Below, one piece after another: positions 28,051 to 38,320 of a stretch of DNA of 64,000 bases. This DNA is from a virus, in the IMG/VR virus record IMGVR_UViG_3300025732_000017; one strand, 5' to 3'. The position numbers were made by a program, and so were the translations under genes. The number at the start of each line of letters is the position of its first letter. Positions within the stretch are counted from its first letter, which is position 1. The notes under the pieces were generated by a model. The model did no database searches, had not been told where the DNA came from, and saw only the letters and a list, made by a program, of their open reading frames with translations.

Positions 28051-29388
28051 ATGCAACTTACTGAACAATTAGTACAAAAGTGGGGTCCAGTTCTGGAACA
28101 TCCAGATCTCCCAAAGATTGCCGATCCGTATAAGAGAGCTGTTACGGCTATGGTACTTGAGAACCAACAGATTGCTTCTGCTCAGCAGGCAGCATTCATG
28201 GGTGGTGATCGTAGTTTCCTAGCAGAATCAGCACCAACAAACGCAACCGGCGCATCAATCAGCAACTACGATCCAATCCTAATCTCATTGGTTCGTCGTG
28301 CGCTTCCAAACTTGATCGCATACGATATCTGCGGCGTTCAGCCAATGACAGGCCCAACAGGCTTGATTTTCGCAATGCGCGCAAAGTACGATTCACAGAC
28401 TGGTACAGAAGCCCTGTTCACAGAAGCAAATACCAAGTTCTCTGCTGCTAACAAACTTGGTGCAAATGGTGCATCTCAGAATCATCAGTCTTCTGGTGGC
28501 GAAGGTTATGTTGACTATACTCTTGCCAACACAGGTAACGGTATGACAACAGCCCAGGGTGAAGCACTAGGTGACTCTGGTACAAATCTATTTGCTGAAA
28601 TGGCATTCTCAATCGAGAAAGTTACAGTAACTGCTCGTGAGCGTGCATTGAAGGCAGAATACACTCTAGAACTTGCACAAGACTTGAAGGCAATTCATGG
28701 TCTTGATGCTGAGACAGAACTTGCAAACATTCTGTCAACAGAAATTCTAGCAGAAATCAACCGTGAAGTTATCCGCACAATCTATGCAACAGCAAAGTTG
28801 GGCTGCTCTTCAGGTACAACAACTGCCGGTACATTTGACTTGGATACCGACTCAAATGGTCGTTGGTCAGTTGAAAAGTTCAAGGGTCTTATCTTCCAGA
28901 TCGAACGCGAAGCAAACGTAATTGCTCGTGCAACTCGTCGTGGCAAGGGTAACATCGTAGTATGCTCATCTGACGTTGCTTCTGCAATGGCAATGGCTGG
29001 CGTTCTACAGTACACCCCAGCACTTCAGGCCGATCTACAGGTAGACGACACAGGTAACACATTTGCTGGTCTTCTACACAACCGTATCAAGGTCTACATT
29101 GATCCTTACTACGGTCAGACATCTGGTGCAACAAATGCAGCAGAACTTGTAACAGTTGGTTATAAGGGAACATCACCTTATGACGCTGGCTTGTTCTACT
29201 GCCCATACGTTCCACTACAGATGGTTCGTGCAATCGGACAAGACACATTCCAGCCACGTATCGGATTCAAGACACGTTACGGAATGGTAGCAAATCCGTT
29301 CGCAGAAGGTGCAACAGCAGGTTTGGGCGTGCTTTCAAATCGCTCAAACAACTACTATCGTATCTTCAGAGTTACAAACTTGATGTAA
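28051..29388 (+). CDS. gp23: Major capsid protein
   Basis: GVQPMTGPTGLIFAMR, RALKAEYTLELAQDLKAIHGLDAE and FQPRIGFKTRYG motifs; likely processing site FLAE/SAPTN. Confidence 0.98.
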   Translation: MQLTEQLVQKWGPVLEHPDLPKIADPYKRAVTAMVLENQQIASAQQAAFMGGDRSFLAESAPTNATGASISNYDPILISLVRRALPNLIAYDICGVQPMTGPTGLIFAMRAKYDSQTGTEALFTEANTKFSAANKLGANGASQNHQSSGGEGYVDYTLANTGNGMTTAQGEALGDSGTNLFAEMAFSIEKVTVTARERALKAEYTLELAQDLKAIHGLDAETELANILSTEILAEINREVIRTIYATAKLGCSSGTTTAGTFDLDTDSNGRWSVEKFKGLIFQIEREANVIARATRRGKGNIVVCSSDVASAMAMAGVLQYTPALQADLQVDDTGNTFAGLLHNRIKVYIDPYYGQTSGATNAAELVTVGYKGTSPYDAGLFYCPYVPLQMVRAIGQDTFQPRIGFKTRYGMVANPFAEGATAGLGVLSNRSNNYYRIFRVTNLM

Positions 29389-29422
29389 TTCTAAGAACAA
29401 AAAGAAAGCAAGACTACAACTT

Positions 29423-29451
29423 GAGGGGGAACTTCGGTTCCCCCTCTTTTT
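29423..29451 (+). terminator. Intrinsic terminator with a CUUCGG tetraloop
   Basis: gagggggaac-ttcg-gttccccctc perfect 10-bp stem followed by a T run, after gp23. Confidence 0.92.
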
Positions 29452-29454
29452 GTT

Positions 29455-29462
29455 TATAAATA
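29455..29462 (+). promoter_or_regulatory. T4-type late promoter TATAAATA
   Basis: Exact consensus upstream of gp3. Confidence 0.85.
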
Positions 29463-29477
29463 TCGTAGAGGTAAAAC

Positions 29478-29996
29478 ATGGCAAAACTAAACAAGCAACC
29501 AGAAAATACAAGTTTTCTACAACCAACAAAATTTCAGTTGACATTCACAAGAATGCCACACTTGACTTATTTTTGCCAAACGTTCAATCTACCTGGTTTG
29601 TCAATGTCAGAAATTGTGCAAAACACTCCATTTGTAGATCTATATGTACATGGTGACAAAGTTCAATATGAACCATTGGATTTGACTTTCATGGTAGATG
29701 AAGATCTTCGTTCGTGGTTGGAGATGCACAACTGGATAACTGGACTTACATTTCCTAAAAACTTTGAACAGTATCGTCGTCTATTGAAAGACAATCAAGA
29801 CTATGGTGGCACTGTATCAGATGCAATCATGACGATAATGTCAAATAAGAATACACCGAATATTCGTATAACATTTAGAGACTGTTTTCCTACCATGGTA
29901 TCTTCAGTCTCATTTGATTACACGATGGATGCAAGCATGACACTAACAGCTTCTGCAACATTCCGATATAACTATTTTGATGTTGACATTCTTTGA
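29478..29996 (+). CDS. gp3: Tail tube terminator/completion protein
   Basis: FLQPTKFQL, YFCQTFNLPG, FMVDEDLRSWLEMHNWI and FRDCFPT motifs. Confidence 0.88.
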   Translation: MAKLNKQPENTSFLQPTKFQLTFTRMPHLTYFCQTFNLPGLSMSEIVQNTPFVDLYVHGDKVQYEPLDLTFMVDEDLRSWLEMHNWITGLTFPKNFEQYRRLLKDNQDYGGTVSDAIMTIMSNKNTPNIRITFRDCFPTMVSSVSFDYTMDASMTLTASATFRYNYFDVDIL

Positions 29997-30011
29997 TTTA
30001 TAGTGTATAGT
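29983..30011 (+). promoter_or_regulatory. sigma70-type promoter TTGACA-17-TATAGT
   Basis: Near-consensus with 17-bp spacer upstream of uvsY. Confidence 0.75.
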
Positions 30012-30037
30012 CACTATATTTCCAAGAATGGTGGATT

Positions 30038-30481
30038 ATGATCAGAAACATTGATGACTTGATGGAAGCATGGAAGAAAGATTCACAGATTGATAGCACC
30101 GAGTTGGGCACAGAGTCCATTCGTCTATCGTCTCTACATGCCAAATACATAGAAGTATATAAGCATCAGAAGATGCGCGAACAGAAACTTCAGTTTGATC
30201 TCAACAAATTGACCAAGTTGAAATGGAGATATTATGATGGCAAACTCAATGGCACAGAAGAACTTGAGCAACTTGGTTGGGAACCCATGCGTGAAAAGTA
30301 TCTTCGCGCCGACATTGGCACCATGATTGATGGTGACGATGACGTTCTTGAGATCAAGAACAAGTTATCATATACGGAACTTTTCGTTGACTGTTGCGAA
30401 AAGATCATCAAGGAAATCCACCAGCGTTCATTCAATTTGAAGAATGCTATAGAATGGCAGAAGTTTACGCAAGGTGTCTGA
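30038..30481 (+). CDS. uvsY: Recombination mediator UvsY
   Basis: LHAKY, KWRYYDGK and RSFNLKNAIEW motifs; precedes uvsW. Confidence 0.88.
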   Translation: MIRNIDDLMEAWKKDSQIDSTELGTESIRLSSLHAKYIEVYKHQKMREQKLQFDLNKLTKLKWRYYDGKLNGTEELEQLGWEPMREKYLRADIGTMIDGDDDVLEIKNKLSYTELFVDCCEKIIKEIHQRSFNLKNAIEWQKFTQGV

Positions 30482-31961
30482 GAAAATAATCGTTGCAAAA
30501 AAGAATGAAGCATACATAATGATCTCTTGCGAGCGTAGTGTCGCACGGGAAATTTCTGACTACTTCACATTCTATGTTCCAGGATATCAATTTACTCCAG
30601 CGTTTCGCAATCGTCTCTGGGACGGCAAGATACGCATGTATGACACTAGAGATTCTACTCTCTATTATGGTCTAATACCGCATCTACAATCTTTTGCCGA
30701 AGAACGCAACTACAAGATTATCTTTGATGACAAGGTTCTTCAAACAACTTCTTTCTCTTTGCATGAAGCAAAAGAATATGCTGAGTCTTTGCAAATACAA
30801 AGCCGCAACAAGGATATTGAGGCTAGAGATTATCAAATAGAAGCATTTGCACATTGTATTCGTAATCGTAGACAAATGTTGATATCTCCAACAGCATCAG
30901 GTAAATCACTTATTGCATATCTTATCACGCGACATATGACAGATCAAGATAAAAAAGGATTGATCATTGTTCCTACGACATCTCTAGTTGAGCAGTTATA
31001 TACAGATTTCCAAGATTACTCAACGAAAAATGGTTGGAGTGTTGAAGATAATATTCATAGAATCTATTCTGGTCGTGAAAAGTCTTCCGATAAACTTGTG
31101 ACAATATCTACTTGGCAATCTCTATATACTTTGCCAAAAAACTATTTCAATTATGAATGGGTTATCGGAGACGAAGCACATAACTTCAAGGCCAAGTCGC
31201 TCACAACGATCATGACCAATCTAGACAATGCTTCTCTACGCATTGGCATGACTGGAACACTTGATGGAACAAAGACGCACAAACTTGTTCTTGAAGGTCT
31301 GTTTGGTCCTGTACGCAAGACAGTAACCACAAAAGAACTTATTGACAAGAAACAACTGTCCGACTTTGAGATCAAGTGTCTCGTCCTAAAATATCCAGAA
31401 GAGATCTCTCGTCTTCTCAAGGATGCAAAATATATTGACGAGATGAAATATATCGTGACGAGCGATGCACGAAACAAGTTCATTCGGAATCTTGTTCTAT
31501 CGCTTGAGGGCAATACTCTCATTCTTTTCCAATATGTTGACAATCATGGAAAAGGATTGCATAAATTGATTGAAGAAAAAGCTGAAGGTAGAAAAGTCTT
31601 TTTTGTCCATGGTGGAACAGAAACGGAAACCAGAGAAGAGATTCGTGCAATCGTTGAAAAGGAAAACAATGCAATCATAGTTGCATCATATGGCACATTC
31701 TCCACTGGTATCAATGTTCGCAATCTTCACAACATCATCTTTGCCTCACCATCCAAGAGTCGCATTCGCAATCTGCAGTCCATTGGTCGTGGATTGAGAC
31801 TTGGTGACAACAAGAAAAAGGCTGTACTTTTTGATATAGCTGATGATCTACGATACAAGAAACATGAGAACTTTACCTTGAAACATTTCCGGGATCGTGT
31901 TAGAATATACAATGAAGAGCGTTTTGAATACAAACTATATAACATAGAACTCAAGGTATAA
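30474..31961 (+). CDS. uvsW: SF2 DNA helicase UvsW
   Basis: WDGKIR, SPTASGKS, GDEAH, GMTGT and LQSIGRGLR motifs. Confidence 0.96.
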   Translation: MSEKIIVAKKNEAYIMISCERSVAREISDYFTFYVPGYQFTPAFRNRLWDGKIRMYDTRDSTLYYGLIPHLQSFAEERNYKIIFDDKVLQTTSFSLHEAKEYAESLQIQSRNKDIEARDYQIEAFAHCIRNRRQMLISPTASGKSLIAYLITRHMTDQDKKGLIIVPTTSLVEQLYTDFQDYSTKNGWSVEDNIHRIYSGREKSSDKLVTISTWQSLYTLPKNYFNYEWVIGDEAHNFKAKSLTTIMTNLDNASLRIGMTGTLDGTKTHKLVLEGLFGPVRKTVTTKELIDKKQLSDFEIKCLVLKYPEEISRLLKDAKYIDEMKYIVTSDARNKFIRNLVLSLEGNTLILFQYVDNHGKGLHKLIEEKAEGRKVFFVHGGTETETREEIRAIVEKENNAIIVASYGTFSTGINVRNLHNIIFASPSKSRIRNLQSIGRGLRLGDNKKKAVLFDIADDLRYKKHENFTLKHFRDRVRIYNEERFEYKLYNIELKV

Positions 31962-31963
31962 CC

Positions 31964-32323
31964 ATGGAAATACTTTATATAAAACTAAAGAATGGTACGG
32001 ATCTCATCTCCAATACCTCAATAAAGGGAAAGAATGTTACCCTTGAGAATCCTATGGCTGTGCGTCAATATGCAGATCAGACTGGACGTATTTCTCTTTC
32101 ATTTCATGAATGGGTACCATCTGATTTCGTGGATGTATCTTCCTTTGTTATTGATAAGGAAGAAACGCTCATCATCTGCAGCACCTCTGTTAGAATAAAG
32201 GAATTCTACAAGGAGTGTATCAAGCCAGCAGATACAACAGATGAAGACGGTGAAGAAGCATCAACCGATGCATATTCAAGTCTCATGAAGTTACTGAGTA
32301 GTAATAGAAAACTATTGCATTGA
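31964..32323 (+). CDS. Conserved T4-like hypothetical protein (Sm-like beta fold)
   Basis: IKLKNGTDLI start; sits between uvsW and gp55 as in related phages. Confidence 0.6.
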   Translation: MEILYIKLKNGTDLISNTSIKGKNVTLENPMAVRQYADQTGRISLSFHEWVPSDFVDVSSFVIDKEETLIICSTSVRIKEFYKECIKPADTTDEDGEEASTDAYSSLMKLLSSNRKLLH

Positions 32324-32376
32324 GCTGAACATTACAAATGTACCGCTTTGTCAAGTGAAAGTCAAGAGAAATCGTC

Positions 32377-32952
32377 ATGAAAAAAACCCCATCCAATCAC
32401 TACATAGATAACAATGAGTTCCTAGCAGTTCTGGTCAAGTACCAGAAAGATGTGCGAAGAGCAAAACGCAATAAGGAAAACAAACCGCCCATACCAAACT
32501 ACATAGGCGAATGTTTCATGAAGATTGCGGAACATCTATCGTATCGTCCCAACTTTGCGAACTATTCGTATCGTGATGAGATGATAGCCGATGCGATTGA
32601 AAATTGTCTCATGTATTTCGAGAACTTTGATCCAAAGAAATCAAAGAATCCTTTTGCATACTTCACGCAAATAGTGTATTATGCATTCATTCGTAGAATA
32701 TCTAAAGAGAAGAAACAACAGTATGTGAAATACAAGTCTTTGGAGAACTCAAGAATATTTGATGAAATTACTGGTGAGGATCTTGAATTATTGGGATCTG
32801 AACTCAAATCTAATATCGTCAAAGGTCAAGAGATCTACGACAACATGGCAGAGTTCATAGAGAACTTTGAACAGACACGCAAGGTAAAGAAAGAAAAGTC
32901 GTCCAAGAAAGTAGGAATAGAAAAGTTTTACGAAGGAGATACCAATGGCTGA
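32377..32952 (+). CDS. gp55: Late sigma factor
   Basis: HYIDNNEF, YIGECFMKIAEHLS.RPNF.NYSYRDEMI.DAIENC and NPFAYFTQI motifs. Confidence 0.96.
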   Translation: MKKTPSNHYIDNNEFLAVLVKYQKDVRRAKRNKENKPPIPNYIGECFMKIAEHLSYRPNFANYSYRDEMIADAIENCLMYFENFDPKKSKNPFAYFTQIVYYAFIRRISKEKKQQYVKYKSLENSRIFDEITGEDLELLGSELKSNIVKGQEIYDNMAEFIENFEQTRKVKKEKSSKKVGIEKFYEGDTNG

Positions 32953-33151
32953 ACAGGAGCCACTACCAGCATCAATAGAATACTTGATCAAGAACATGTT
33001 GGATTCAAACCAAGATGTGTGGCGTCGTCAACCGTTTCGTCAACGTCTTGCCAGAATGCGCGATTTGATTGATGAAAAGATCGTCAAGTATGATGCTGAA
33101 TATACAAAAGCAAATAAAAATGTGACTCCGTTCAAGAGAGTATCTAAGTGA
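32945..33151 (+). CDS. Hypothetical protein
   Basis: 68 aa, RBS GGAG, overlaps both neighbours. Confidence 0.6.
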   Translation: MAEQEPLPASIEYLIKNMLDSNQDVWRRQPFRQRLARMRDLIDEKIVKYDAEYTKANKNVTPFKRVSK

Positions 33152-34215
33152 AGATTGCCATCATCAACGATACTCATGCAGGCGCAAGAAATGACTCTCT
33201 TGCGTTTGATGATTATTTTTTTCGTTTTTGGGATAATGTTTTCTTTCCATACTTGAAAGAGAATAATATCACCACTGTGTTTCATCTTGGCGATATCGTT
33301 GATCGGCGCAAGTTCATCAATTATGTGATTCTCAATCGCTGGAGAAACAAGTTCTTTGGTCGCATGAAAGACATGGATCTCAAGCTGCATGTCTTGGTGG
33401 GAAATCACGATGTGCCATACAAGAACACGAACGACATCAATGCGATTGAAGAATTGTTTGAACAGAATGAATACATTCAAGTTTATAAAGAACCGCGCGA
33501 CATAGTTGTCGATGGTGTTGAGATTTGTTTATTGCCATGGATCAATGTCGAGAATCATCAGAGAACAGTTGAGCATATCAAGTCCAGTAGAGCACAGATA
33601 GCATTTGGGCATCTGGAGATTGCTGGATTTGAAATGGATCGTGGTAATATTTGCCATGATGGCATGAGTCGTTCCGTGTTCGACAAGTTTGAAACTGTAT
33701 TGTCTGGTCATTTTCATCACAAGTCATCAGATGGTCATATCACATATCTCGGAAATCAATATCAAATGACATGGGCAGACTATGGTGACAAGCGTGGCTT
33801 TCATGTGTTTGATACAAACACCAGAGAGTTGTCATTTGTAGAAAATCCATATCAGATGTTCTACAAGATATCATATGACGACAAGAGTGATTTGGACTTT
33901 GATAAGTTGAAGACGATTGATTTTTCACAATATTCTGGAACATATGTGAAAGTATTGGTGCTAAACAAGACCAATCCATTTCTATTTGAGAGATTCATGC
34001 AGAAGTTGACTGATGCTGCACCATTGGACATAAGCATCGTGGAAGACTTTTCCGAATTGACAAATGGTGCTGATGACGATATAATAAATGAAGGTGAAGA
34101 TACGATGACCATACTAGACAAGTATGTAGACGGTCTTCAAATGGAATCATCGGACAAACTCAAGTCTATTCTTAGAGAGTTGTATCTTGAAGCGGTAAAT
34201 TTGGAAAAAGTATGA
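33148..34215 (+). CDS. gp47: Recombination nuclease subunit (Mre11/SbcD-like)
   Basis: DTHAG, HLGDIVDRR, VGNHD and SGHFH metallophosphoesterase motifs. Confidence 0.95.
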   Translation: MKIAIINDTHAGARNDSLAFDDYFFRFWDNVFFPYLKENNITTVFHLGDIVDRRKFINYVILNRWRNKFFGRMKDMDLKLHVLVGNHDVPYKNTNDINAIEELFEQNEYIQVYKEPRDIVVDGVEICLLPWINVENHQRTVEHIKSSRAQIAFGHLEIAGFEMDRGNICHDGMSRSVFDKFETVLSGHFHHKSSDGHITYLGNQYQMTWADYGDKRGFHVFDTNTRELSFVENPYQMFYKISYDDKSDLDFDKLKTIDFSQYSGTYVKVLVLNKTNPFLFERFMQKLTDAAPLDISIVEDFSELTNGADDDIINEGEDTMTILDKYVDGLQMESSDKLKSILRELYLEAVNLEKV

Positions 34216-35927
34216 TCTTCTTTGAAACCATCCGTTGGAAGAACTTTCTCAGTACGGGAAACGACTTCACGGAGATAAAACTCAACAAGTCATCCACGAC
34301 ATTGATCGTGGGTAACAACGGTAGCGGAAAGTCAACACTCTTGGATGCGTTGACTTTCGCGCTATTTGGTAAGCCATTTCGTGGCATCAACAAACCAGGG
34401 CTATTGAATAGCGTCAATGAAAAAGACTGTGTTGTAGAGATTGAGTTCAAGATCGGAAAAAAGTCATACAAGATTGTTCGTGGCATAAAGCCGGGGAAAT
34501 TTGAAATCTATTGCGACGATCAACTTGTCAATCAGGATGCTTCATCCAGAGACTACCAAGAACACCTGGAGAAGTTCATTCTCAAGATGAATTTCAAATC
34601 GTTCACGCAGATCGTTGTTCTTGGCTCATCTACATTCGTGCCATTCATGCAGTTGTCTGCATCTGATCGTCGTGCAATCATTGAAGATCTTTTGGATATT
34701 CAAATCTTTTCGTCCATGAATGCTGTGCTCAAGCAGAAACTTGTTGCACTCAAGGACATGATGAATGATGTCTCACATCGTCGTGAATTGACTAAGGTGA
34801 AGATTGAATCGACCAAGAAGTTGATTGAAGAATTGGACAATACAAATGTTATTCAGATTGAAAAGATCAATCGTGATATTGCAAATAGCAATGTTCAAAT
34901 AACAACATTGACAACTGAATACAATGATCTTCAGGCTGAGATTGAAGAATTGAGCAAGTCAATCTCTGACGAGAGAAAGACAAACAACAAGTTGTCCAAA
35001 CTAAATGATCTATCGGTCAAGATCAACTACAATATCTCAAAGACTCAAACCGATATTGATTTCTATCATGAAAATGATAATTGTCCAACATGTCGTCAAT
35101 CAATTGAAGAAGACTTCAAGGCCGAACAAATCAAGTCGTATGACGAGAAGATTCTGGAGTACAAAAGAGGTCTCGGCGATATTGACAAGGAAATGAAGAA
35201 GGTCAATGATAGGATTGACGAGATAAAGAAGATTGCAAAGAAGATAGTTGACAAGTCGTCGGAAATGCACAAGAAAACTGCAACCATAACTGCTGTTCGT
35301 GGTTATATTGATCGTCTTGTCAAGGACAAGGAAAACATTGAAACCAATAGAACGATTGATACTACGCACACGGATGACTTGAAGAACTTGGAAAACAAGT
35401 TGTTGGAACTTGATGAAGAAGAAAAGAAGATCGTGAATGACAAGCATCATCACGAACAAGTTGCCATTCTTCTAAAAGATAGTGGCATCAAGACAAAGAT
35501 CATCAAGCAATATTTGCCAATCATGAACAAGCTGATCAACAAGTATTTGGCTTCGATGGAATTCTTTGTCAACTTCAACATCAATGAGAACTTTGAGGAA
35601 GTCATCAAGAGTCGTCATCGTGACGAATTCTCCTATGAGAATTTTTCTGAAGGCGAGAAGCAGAAGATTGATTTGTCGCTATTGTTCACTTGGCGCGCGA
35701 TAGCAAAGATGAAGAATAGTGTTAGCACCAATCTTCTTGTGTTGGACGAGATCTTTGATAGTTCTCTGGATTCAAATGGTACGGAAGAACTTCTAAAGAT
35801 CTTGAATTCCATAAGCACGGATACGAATGTATTTGTGATCTCACACAAGGGTGATATTCTTTTTGACAAGTTTAGATCAGTTGTTAGATTTGAAAAGGTA
35901 AATAACTTCTCAAGGATAATGAAATGA
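34212..35927 (+). CDS. gp46: Recombination ATPase subunit (Rad50/SbcC-like)
   Basis: GNNGSGKST, zinc hook CPTC, FSEGEKQKIDL, LDEIFDSSLD and ISHK motifs. Confidence 0.96.
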   Translation: MIFFETIRWKNFLSTGNDFTEIKLNKSSTTLIVGNNGSGKSTLLDALTFALFGKPFRGINKPGLLNSVNEKDCVVEIEFKIGKKSYKIVRGIKPGKFEIYCDDQLVNQDASSRDYQEHLEKFILKMNFKSFTQIVVLGSSTFVPFMQLSASDRRAIIEDLLDIQIFSSMNAVLKQKLVALKDMMNDVSHRRELTKVKIESTKKLIEELDNTNVIQIEKINRDIANSNVQITTLTTEYNDLQAEIEELSKSISDERKTNNKLSKLNDLSVKINYNISKTQTDIDFYHENDNCPTCRQSIEEDFKAEQIKSYDEKILEYKRGLGDIDKEMKKVNDRIDEIKKIAKKIVDKSSEMHKKTATITAVRGYIDRLVKDKENIETNRTIDTTHTDDLKNLENKLLELDEEEKKIVNDKHHHEQVAILLKDSGIKTKIIKQYLPIMNKLINKYLASMEFFVNFNINENFEEVIKSRHRDEFSYENFSEGEKQKIDLSLLFTWRAIAKMKNSVSTNLLVLDEIFDSSLDSNGTEELLKILNSISTDTNVFVISHKGDILFDKFRSVVRFEKVNNFSRIMK

Positions 35928-36268
35928 CATCAAATATTGATTGGACTTCGCCCCGGGCGACACTTCAAACTTATCAAGACTTTGCTAAAGGCAATGATCG
36001 GTTTGAGTCTTTGACTGTCGACACAAAGATGATTACTGTTACGCACAAGGTTACTGAATTTGAAGATATAACAAAAGATGAAAAGCGTTATGAACAATAC
36101 ATCAAGGAAAAAATGGCACTTGAGATTGCCAATTTGATCTTGAAAGACGATCTTGTTTTGTTTACGAAACAAAACGATGTTGCAACATACACAAAAACAT
36201 ATCGTGCGCGAGCATTCTTGGCAAACAAAGATATTGTATCTATTCTCGTAAAGTCCGATATAAAATAA
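35924..36268 (+). CDS. Hypothetical protein
   Basis: 114-aa ORF coupled to gp46 (ATGA overlap). Confidence 0.6.
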   Translation: MTSNIDWTSPRATLQTYQDFAKGNDRFESLTVDTKMITVTHKVTEFEDITKDEKRYEQYIKEKMALEIANLILKDDLVLFTKQNDVATYTKTYRARAFLANKDIVSILVKSDIK

Positions 36269-36281
36269 AGGAAAGTAAAAA

Positions 36282-36857
36282 ATGATAGAAGGTGGTATGC
36301 TAAAAATCAATACGGCGGCGCAAACGATTCGTCCGTATGAAATCTATGATCTTGTGAAATCAACTGATCCAGTTCTCAAGCAAATCTGCAAGCCATTTGA
36401 TTTTGCAAATCCCCCTATTGATCCAATTCATCTCTCATCGTCTTTGTTTGAGACGATGTTCAAGCATAGTGGTCTTGGATTGTCTGCGCCACAAGTTGGA
36501 ATACCATATCGTGTATTTGTCATTGGATATGATAACACGAACAAGCAAGTGTTTTTCAATCCAGAGATCATTGAGAAATCAGAGCGTGAAGACGATCATC
36601 TTGAAGGATGCTTATCATTCAAAAGATTGTTTTTCAAGATTTCTCGTCCGCAAGAAATCAAGATCAAGTATCAGCATGTTAGCGGCAAATGGGATGAAAC
36701 TAAGTTCGTAGGCTTGACCGCTAGATGTATTCAGCATGAGATGGATCATCTTGATGGCATTTGTTTTACGGATAGAGTTGGTAAGACAACTCTTATGATG
36801 GCAAGAGAAAAAGAACGCAAATTGAGAATAAAGATGACCAGAGATGCTAGAAAGTGA
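36282..36857 (+). CDS. def: Peptide deformylase
   Basis: All three motifs present: GLGLSAPQVG, EGCLS, QHEMDHLDG. Confidence 0.93.
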   Translation: MIEGGMLKINTAAQTIRPYEIYDLVKSTDPVLKQICKPFDFANPPIDPIHLSSSLFETMFKHSGLGLSAPQVGIPYRVFVIGYDNTNKQVFFNPEIIEKSEREDDHLEGCLSFKRLFFKISRPQEIKIKYQHVSGKWDETKFVGLTARCIQHEMDHLDGICFTDRVGKTTLMMAREKERKLRIKMTRDARK

Positions 36858-37050
36858 TTGGAGATACTGGGAGAAGCATGACATGAAAGATAGTGAGTTT
36901 CTTTTTTGGTTGAGAGATAGACTCATCAATGTCTACGGTGAAGATCCACATATCGACTATGTTCAAAAACTATATTCCATAGCCAGAAAAGTGGAAGATG
37001 ATGAGAACTATTGGAATAGAGTAATAGATAGTTCTAGACAAACAGACTAA
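36844..37050 (+). CDS. Hypothetical protein
   Basis: 68-aa aromatic-rich ORF overlapping def. Confidence 0.55.
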   Translation: MLESDWRYWEKHDMKDSEFLFWLRDRLINVYGEDPHIDYVQKLYSIARKVEDDENYWNRVIDSSRQTD

Positions 37051-37084
37051 ATCATGTTATGATTGTTTTTTATCATAGGATATC

Positions 37085-38320
37085 GTGATGTACCAAAAAT
37101 ATACCGTTGATGATGTAAAGAAGTCTTCCGCTCGTAAATTGTTCAATGTGATTTCCACGTTTGCTGGCGGCGGTGGCTCTTCTACTGGATATCGTCTTGC
37201 TGGTGGTAATATCATCGCAATCAATGAATTCGTTGAAGAAGCAATCAAGACATACTCAACGAACTTTCCTGACACCAAGATCATACCCGGCGACATCAAG
37301 AAATTGACTGCAAAAGACTTTCTTGATACAGCTGGACTCAAGCCTGGCGAACTTGATATTCTTGATGGATCTCCACCGTGTTCAGCATTCTCTGTTGCAG
37401 GTAAGCGCGAGAAGGGTTGGGCTGGACATGTCACAGATACACGCAAGTCATACTTTGACGATGATGGTAATATCATTGAAGAAGGCGAACTTCTTGTTCA
37501 AGAAGGTATCAAGAAGTACTCTGATGGCAAGACCGTAGAAGCCATTGAAGATCTATTTTTGGAATTCATTCGTATCGCAAAAGAGATCAAGCCAAAGGTA
37601 ATCGTTGCCGAGAACGTCAAAGGCATCACGTTTGGTGAAGCCAAAAGCAAACTATATGAGTTTGTCAATTCGTTTGAAAAGATTGGATATCAAGTTACAT
37701 ATCAGGTATTGAATGCAGCAGATTTTGGTGTGCCACAAGCAAGAGAGCGTACTCTATTTGTCTGCATACGCGAAGATGTATGTGATGCAATTGGCTTGAA
37801 CTTCCTCAATATTCACTCTACTGTTTTTCCTAATGCAACATATGCAAAGCACATATCTTTGCGCGAGGCAATTGAAGACATAGAGAATGATCCGAACGAA
37901 TTGCAGGAACTCTATGACTATGTGCAAAATGGCTTTCAAAAAGATTGGATCACGAAACTACCTTTCAATCCAACAAGACATACAAAGCCATCGGACAAGG
38001 AATTTCGCGATTGGAATCCCAAGGCATCATGCTTCAACATGATTCGCCCATGTCCAGATCTTCCGTCTCCAACTTTGACTCAGCGCGGACAACAGAAGTC
38101 CGTATCTGGCGTGTTTCACTATGCCGAGAATAGAAAGTTCACGATCAAGGAATTGAAGCGTATCATGAGTCTACCCGAAGACTTTGTTCTTACAGGCACG
38201 TTTGATCAACAGGCTGAGAGAATTGGACGCATGGTTGCACCAAAGATGATGGCTGCTCTTGCAGGTAGCATCTATGAAAATGTTTTGAAGCCATATAATG
38301 ATAGCCAAGTTACTAAGTGA
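37085..38320 (+). CDS. C5-cytosine DNA methyltransferase homologue, probable carboxymethyltransferase (likely ATG at 37088)
   Basis: Motif I FAGGGG, motif IV GSPPC, motif VI ENV, motif VIII QARER. Motif X reads GRMV instead of GNAV/GNSV. Confidence 0.88.
   Translation: MMYQKYTVDDVKKSSARKLFNVISTFAGGGGSSTGYRLAGGNIIAINEFVEEAIKTYSTNFPDTKIIPGDIKKLTAKDFLDTAGLKPGELDILDGSPPCSAFSVAGKREKGWAGHVTDTRKSYFDDDGNIIEEGELLVQEGIKKYSDGKTVEAIEDLFLEFIRIAKEIKPKVIVAENVKGITFGEAKSKLYEFVNSFEKIGYQVTYQVLNAADFGVPQARERTLFVCIREDVCDAIGLNFLNIHSTVFPNATYAKHISLREAIEDIENDPNELQELYDYVQNGFQKDWITKLPFNPTRHTKPSDKEFRDWNPKASCFNMIRPCPDLPSPTLTQRGQQKSVSGVFHYAENRKFTIKELKRIMSLPEDFVLTGTFDQQAERIGRMVAPKMMAALAGSIYENVLKPYNDSQVTK

Noticed and set aside
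18399-35927. Possible introns or inteins in gp17, gp20, gp23, uvsW, gp46 and gp47
   Set aside because: All are continuous and of ordinary length, with no intein or homing-endonuclease motifs.
37085-38320. Ordinary orphan Dcm methyltransferase
   Set aside because: The motif-X Arg and tight linkage to cmoA and an ATP ligase argue against simple methylation, though it is not excluded without an assay.
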